Shown here: positions 28,111 through 32,000 of the stretch, in pieces
Layout: the number at the start of each line of letters is the position of its first letter
How positions within the stretch are numbered: position 1 is the first letter of the stretch
Source of the DNA: Aliarcobacter cibarius
GTDB lineage: Bacteria > Campylobacterota > Campylobacteria > Campylobacterales > Arcobacteraceae
DNA: 32,000 nt
NCBI RefSeq assembly: GCF_013372265.1
Contig: NZ_CP054051.1
Coordinates: forward strand, 972,587-1,004,586
Direction: 5' to 3'
The notes under the pieces: generated by a model
What the model saw: the letters and a program-made list of their open reading frames with translations, nothing else
Databases searched by the model: none
Told to the model about the DNA's origin: nothing
Program-made: the position numbers and the translations under genes

Positions 28111-28433
28111 AACAAAATAAATTTGTGATAATTGGTGCAGTTTTTACTGCACTATTATCAACTCTTTGTTGTTTACCAGCTTTTATTTTTTTATTTTTTG
28201 GTATTTCAAGTGGGGTACTTAGTTTCTTTACAACTTTGGAGTTTACAAGAATTCCTCTTGCTATTTTAACTATAATATTTTTTGTATTTGCAATTTTAAA
28301 TTTTAGAAAAAAAATAGTTTGCAAATGTAGTAAAAAAGATAGAATAAAACAATCTGTTTATTTTAGTGCATTTCTTGTTTTTATAATATTTCTATTATTT
28401 TATCCTGAAATTTTACCTTTATTTATGGAGTGA
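28107..28433 (+). CDS. MerT-like small membrane transport protein
   Basis: 108 aa; GAVFTALLSTLCCLPAFIFLFFGISSGVLSFFTTLE. Vicinal CC in TM1 and a KKIVCKCSKKD loop. Confidence 0.75.
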   Translation: MKQNKFVIIGAVFTALLSTLCCLPAFIFLFFGISSGVLSFFTTLEFTRIPLAILTIIFFVFAILNFRKKIVCKCSKKDRIKQSVYFSAFLVFIIFLLFYPEILPLFME

Positions 28434-28437
28434 TTTT

Positions 28438-28710
28438 ATGAGATTCTTTTTAATACTTTTTATATTTTTTAATTTTGCTTTTTCTTCAAATGTATCTATT
28501 TTTAAAGTAGAAGGTATGCATTGTCCTCTGTGTACAACGGCTGTTAAAAAAGCGATTTCAAAACTAGAGGGAGTTGAAAAAGTAAGTGTTAGACTTAATA
28601 CAAAAGAGGTAAGTGTTATTTATAATGAAAAAGTTAAGATAGAAGATATCCTAGCTGCTATAAAAACGACATCATATGAGGGTGTTGAAATCTCTACAAA
28701 AAGTGAGTAA
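28438..28710 (+). CDS. Heavy-metal-associated (HMA/MerP-like) periplasmic protein
   Basis: Signal peptide; VEGMHCPLCTTAVKKAISKLEGVEKVSVRLNTKEVSVIYNEKVKIEDILAAIKTTSYEG. Confidence 0.88.
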   Translation: MRFFLILFIFFNFAFSSNVSIFKVEGMHCPLCTTAVKKAISKLEGVEKVSVRLNTKEVSVIYNEKVKIEDILAAIKTTSYEGVEISTKSE

Positions 28711-28711
28711 C

Positions 28712-29377
28712 TTAGATAGTTTCTAAGCTACTTTCATTAAAAATATAAGTCTTATGAGCAGTTTTTGTAAGGATATTTTTATCTGCTAAATCTTTAAATA
28801 GCTTGATTAATGTTGGTTTTGAAATAGAAAATTGTTCCATTATTTCGCTATATGAAGCAAAAAATTGATTTTTTTCATCTAAATTATTGAAAATATATTT
28901 TACTATTTCTACTTGTTTTCCATCACTTATAGCACCAATTGTTTTTATTATATTTTGGTTTTTTCTTAGCTCTTTTTCTTGAACTTTTGGAAGAAGAATA
29001 TCATGTAAAGTTAATAGAAGTTCTTGGATATTTATAGGCTTTACAATATAATTTTCAACTTTTAATTTTATTGCTTCAAGTAAATAATCTGTTTCTGTAT
29101 GAGCTGTAGTAAGAATAGCTGGGATTTCAATATCTTTATTTTTTAAATATTTTAAGAAATTTATACCATTTTCATTTTCAAGTAGAATATCACTTATTAT
29201 TACATCGATATTTTTTTCTAAAATTATATTCATAGCTTCAATAGTTGTTTTTACACTATACAATTCACCTACGAAATCTTCCAAAATATCACTTGTATGT
29301 CTTAATAAATTTTCATCATCTTCAAGGTACAAAACATTAAAGTTTTTTAAAATATCAAATTTTTTACTCATCCTCAT
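28712..29377 (-). CDS. Response regulator with C-terminal helix-turn-helix
   Basis: REC domain ([32 protein letters not shown]) plus a C-terminal [31 protein letters not shown] winged HTH. Confidence 0.85.
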   Translation of the reverse strand: MRMSKKFDILKNFNVLYLEDDENLLRHTSDILEDFVGELYSVKTTIEAMNIILEKNIDVIISDILLENENGINFLKYLKNKDIEIPAILTTAHTETDYLLEAIKLKVENYIVKPINIQELLLTLHDILLPKVQEKELRKNQNIIKTIGAISDGKQVEIVKYIFNNLDEKNQFFASYSEIMEQFSISKPTLIKLFKDLADKNILTKTAHKTYIFNESSLETI

Positions 29378-30938
29378 CCTTTAGTGGTATTTTTATTACA
29401 AAAGATGTACAAGAAAAAGTTTCATCATCTTTTATTTTATATTTTATATTTTTGCAGCTAATTTGTCCCTTTATATGTTTTTCAATAATTTGTTTTGACA
29501 TATAAAGACCTATTCCTGTTCCTGCACTTTTATATTTTGTTGTGTAGTAAGGTTCAAAAATTTTAGGCATAACATCAGCTGGAATTCCACCACCGTTATC
29601 TATTATATTAACAAATAAAAAATCTTTTTTACTATTCACAACTATTTTTATTATTCTATCATTTTTGTCAACATTGCTAATTAAAGCATCTTTTGAGTTA
29701 CTTATAATATTAAGAAAAACATGTGAGAGCTCATTGTAATAACTAAAAATTTCAATATTCTTTTTGATATTTAATTCTACTTTTATATGCTCTTTATTTA
29801 AGAAATATTTTGAAAGTTCTATTGAGTGTTCGATACAATCTTCTATAAAAAACTTTTTTTTAGCTTTACTTGGATCAAAAAAGTTTTTAAAATCATCAAG
29901 AGTATTTGACATATTTTGTGCTAAAAGTAGTGCATCTTCAGTTTTTTGCTGTACAAATTCACTTGTTAGTTTTCCAAATTGCATTTTAACTTGGAAGCTT
30001 TGAATAATCATACATAAAGAGCCTAAAGGCTGTCTCCATTGATGAGCAATATTATTTAACATCTCTCCTAAGCTTGCAAATCTCGCTTGTTGGAACATAA
30101 TAATATCTTTCTTTCTATTTTTAGCAACTTCTTGAGCAATTTTTAATTCTAAACTATTATTTAACTCTTTTAACTCTTTTGTTTTTTCTTCAACATTTTT
30201 TTCTTGTAAATAATGTATTTGTTTAAAATGCTTTGTAATAAATAAAGACAAAATTATTGAAAAAAAGAATACTATAAAAATGGATATGAATGAGAAAATA
30301 GTAATTATATTAAATACTTTATCAGTATCTCTTTTCTCAGTTATGGCAACTGATAAATCATAGTTCATCAAACTTGCTAAATGTACAGAAATAGAGTTTA
30401 TTTCAAATTTTAATTTTTTAAAATACTCTTCATCTTTTTCATTTCTAATATCTTTTAAAAGTAAATTTATACTTAACATTTTTGAATTAATATTCTTTAT
30501 TATTTCATCTTTTAAAACTTTATTTTCATATAAATTATTTGGATTTAAAACAAATTTCTTAATCCAATTTACAATAAAAAATCTATTTTCTAAACTACTA
30601 TTTTCTTTATATAAATGCCAGTTTTTATCTATGATTTCACTTGCTAGTTTTAATACATCTTTTGCTTGAACAAAATTTAATCTTTTATTCTCAAAATTAT
30701 CTAAAGTGTCTTGAATATTTATCTTATATGAGTCTTTTATATGTTCAAGTTCTATTAAACCTTTTGTTCTTTTTTCAAATAAAATATCAAAATCATTTTT
30801 TAGAGTAAATATTGATATTTGTGACAAAACTATTATACAAAGCATACCACCAGAAATTATAAATATTAAAAATGAAGTTTTATAACTGAATTTCAGATTG
30901 TCAAAATATTTTAGAGTTGTAATTAATAAATTTTTCAT
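29364..30938 (-). CDS. Membrane sensor histidine kinase
   Basis: Two TMs, [23 protein letters not shown]-box, [44 protein letters not shown]. Confidence 0.93.
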   Translation of the reverse strand: MKNLLITTLKYFDNLKFSYKTSFLIFIISGGMLCIIVLSQISIFTLKNDFDILFEKRTKGLIELEHIKDSYKINIQDTLDNFENKRLNFVQAKDVLKLASEIIDKNWHLYKENSSLENRFFIVNWIKKFVLNPNNLYENKVLKDEIIKNINSKMLSINLLLKDIRNEKDEEYFKKLKFEINSISVHLASLMNYDLSVAITEKRDTDKVFNIITIFSFISIFIVFFFSIILSLFITKHFKQIHYLQEKNVEEKTKELKELNNSLELKIAQEVAKNRKKDIIMFQQARFASLGEMLNNIAHQWRQPLGSLCMIIQSFQVKMQFGKLTSEFVQQKTEDALLLAQNMSNTLDDFKNFFDPSKAKKKFFIEDCIEHSIELSKYFLNKEHIKVELNIKKNIEIFSYYNELSHVFLNIISNSKDALISNVDKNDRIIKIVVNSKKDFLFVNIIDNGGGIPADVMPKIFEPYYTTKYKSAGTGIGLYMSKQIIEKHIKGQISCKNIKYKIKDDETFSCTSFVIKIPLKDEDE

Positions 30939-32000
30939 TTTAACTCTTTGAAACTATCATTTAAATATTCAAAAAGATATGTTTGATTCAGTAATCTCTT
31001 ATTTTTATAATCAATTTTTATTTCATATAAAAGTTCTTTAGGTGTATTTTTTAATGCTTCCAAAAAGTTGTCTTTGGTTAGGTTGTCATTTGTTCTTTTT
31101 ATTGCATCAACCAAAACTTTTGAAGCCAAAAAACTTTCAAAAGATAAAAATCCAATATTAGAATTTGGTGAATATTTTTTCATAATTTCTTGATACTCTT
31201 GCACAATTTTTAAATTTTTATCATCATAATTTGGAACAACTTGTGAAAAAATTATATTTTCAGTAGATGTTTTTGTAGTTTTTAAATCATTTATAATCGA
31301 ATTTGCATCACTAAAAGATACATTACAAAAAATAGAATCTTTTAAAATATCATCATTTTTTGCTTTTTGAATAAAAAAGCTATTTGCACCATAAGCACCT
31401 ATTAAGATTATTGCTTCAGGATTTGATAGTTTTATCTCATTAAAAGCATGTTCTATTGCTAAGGTATTTCTTTTGTAACTACCTATTGCGACCAAATTTA
31501 GATTTTGTTTTTTTATTATTTCTAAACTAGATATATAGCCTTCTTCTCCATAGTCATCATTTTGATAAAATATTGCAATATTTTCTATATTTTTATTCTT
31601 TAAGTAATCTATTAAATGTTCTAACTCTTGTTTGTATGAGGCCCTAAAATTAATCAAAGTTGATAAGCTTTCATCTTGTAAAAAATTTGCTCCTGAAAAT
31701 GGAGAAAAAAATAAAATATTTTCATCATAAATTGTTGGAAGTATTCTTTTTATTGTTGGTGTTCCAACTATTCCAAAGAAAGCAAAGATATTCTCTTTTT
31801 TTAGTTTTTCTACATTTTCATAAGTTAAATCAGGTTCATATTTATCATCAAGAGTTACAAATTCAATTTTTTTTCCATTTAGCAAATTATTATCATTTGT
31901 ATAAGAAAAATAACTTTTTGTAGATTCTAATACAGCATTTCCCCAAGGTTGCATTAATCCTGTTAAAGGCATTGATGAAGCAATTTGTATATTTTTTAAA
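30935..32000 (-). CDS. Periplasmic ABC-type (branched-chain amino-acid type) substrate-binding protein, 5' end beyond the window
   Basis: The frame is open to 32000 (...[38 protein letters not shown]..., then [39 protein letters not shown]). The M at 31972 is probably internal. Confidence 0.88.
   Translation of the reverse strand, partial: LKNIQIASSMPLTGLMQPWGNAVLESTKSYFSYTNDNNLLNGKKIEFVTLDDKYEPDLTYENVEKLKKENIFAFFGIVGTPTIKRILPTIYDENILFFSPFSGANFLQDESLSTLINFRASYKQELEHLIDYLKNKNIENIAIFYQNDDYGEEGYISSLEIIKKQNLNLVAIGSYKRNTLAIEHAFNEIKLSNPEAIILIGAYGANSFFIQKAKNDDILKDSIFCNVSFSDANSIINDLKTTKTSTENIIFSQVVPNYDDKNLKIVQEYQEIMKKYSPNSNIGFLSFESFLASKVLVDAIKRTNDNLTKDNFLEALKNTPKELLYEIKIDYKNKRLLNQTYLFEYLNDSFKELK

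Noticed and set aside
28107-28710. A complete mercury resistance operon
   Set aside because: Only MerT-like and MerP-like genes are present. No merA or merR is visible, so mercury specificity is unsupported.
28076-31923. ORFs 28076..28324 (-), 29764..30003 (+), 31660..31923 (+)
   Set aside because: Shadow frames over the MerT-like, histidine kinase and binding-protein genes.

Overview
The window looks like a low-GC Campylobacterota chromosome, probably Arcobacter/Aliarcobacter-like (inferred from protein character, not searched). It contains the selenocysteine machinery: selB (5' part), selA and the tRNA-Sec gene at the left, and selD about 24 kb away. selD is itself a selenoprotein gene. 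Its true start is 26801, and an in-frame TGA at codon 16 (26754-26756) makes the ORF track start it too late. Next to tRNA-Sec is an eroded integrative element of about 1.8 kb, with an integrase N-terminus, a truncated IS630-type transposase, a 23-bp-period iteron-like array, an HTH fragment, a 13-bp inverted repeat and a tRNA 3'-end fragment. Minus-strand genes from 13823 to 4605 form a very tight run of 11 genes: FtsX/LolD-like ABC, a heme-copper-oxidase-like protein with no HH pair, a membrane protein, YceI, a thioredoxin-fold-like protein, a phosphoesterase, a two-component system, PAP2 and DgkA. The most unusual structure is at 22101-25847. Two different IS1380-type elements, each with ATTAT target duplications, sit inside a remnant bounded by a 13-bp inverted repeat (CCTGACTTCATCA) and flanked by a perfect 177-bp direct duplication of host DNA. 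The right end holds a transglutaminase-like protein, a MerT/MerP-like pair and a response regulator / histidine kinase / periplasmic-binding-protein cluster. I found no CRISPR array or clear defence system.
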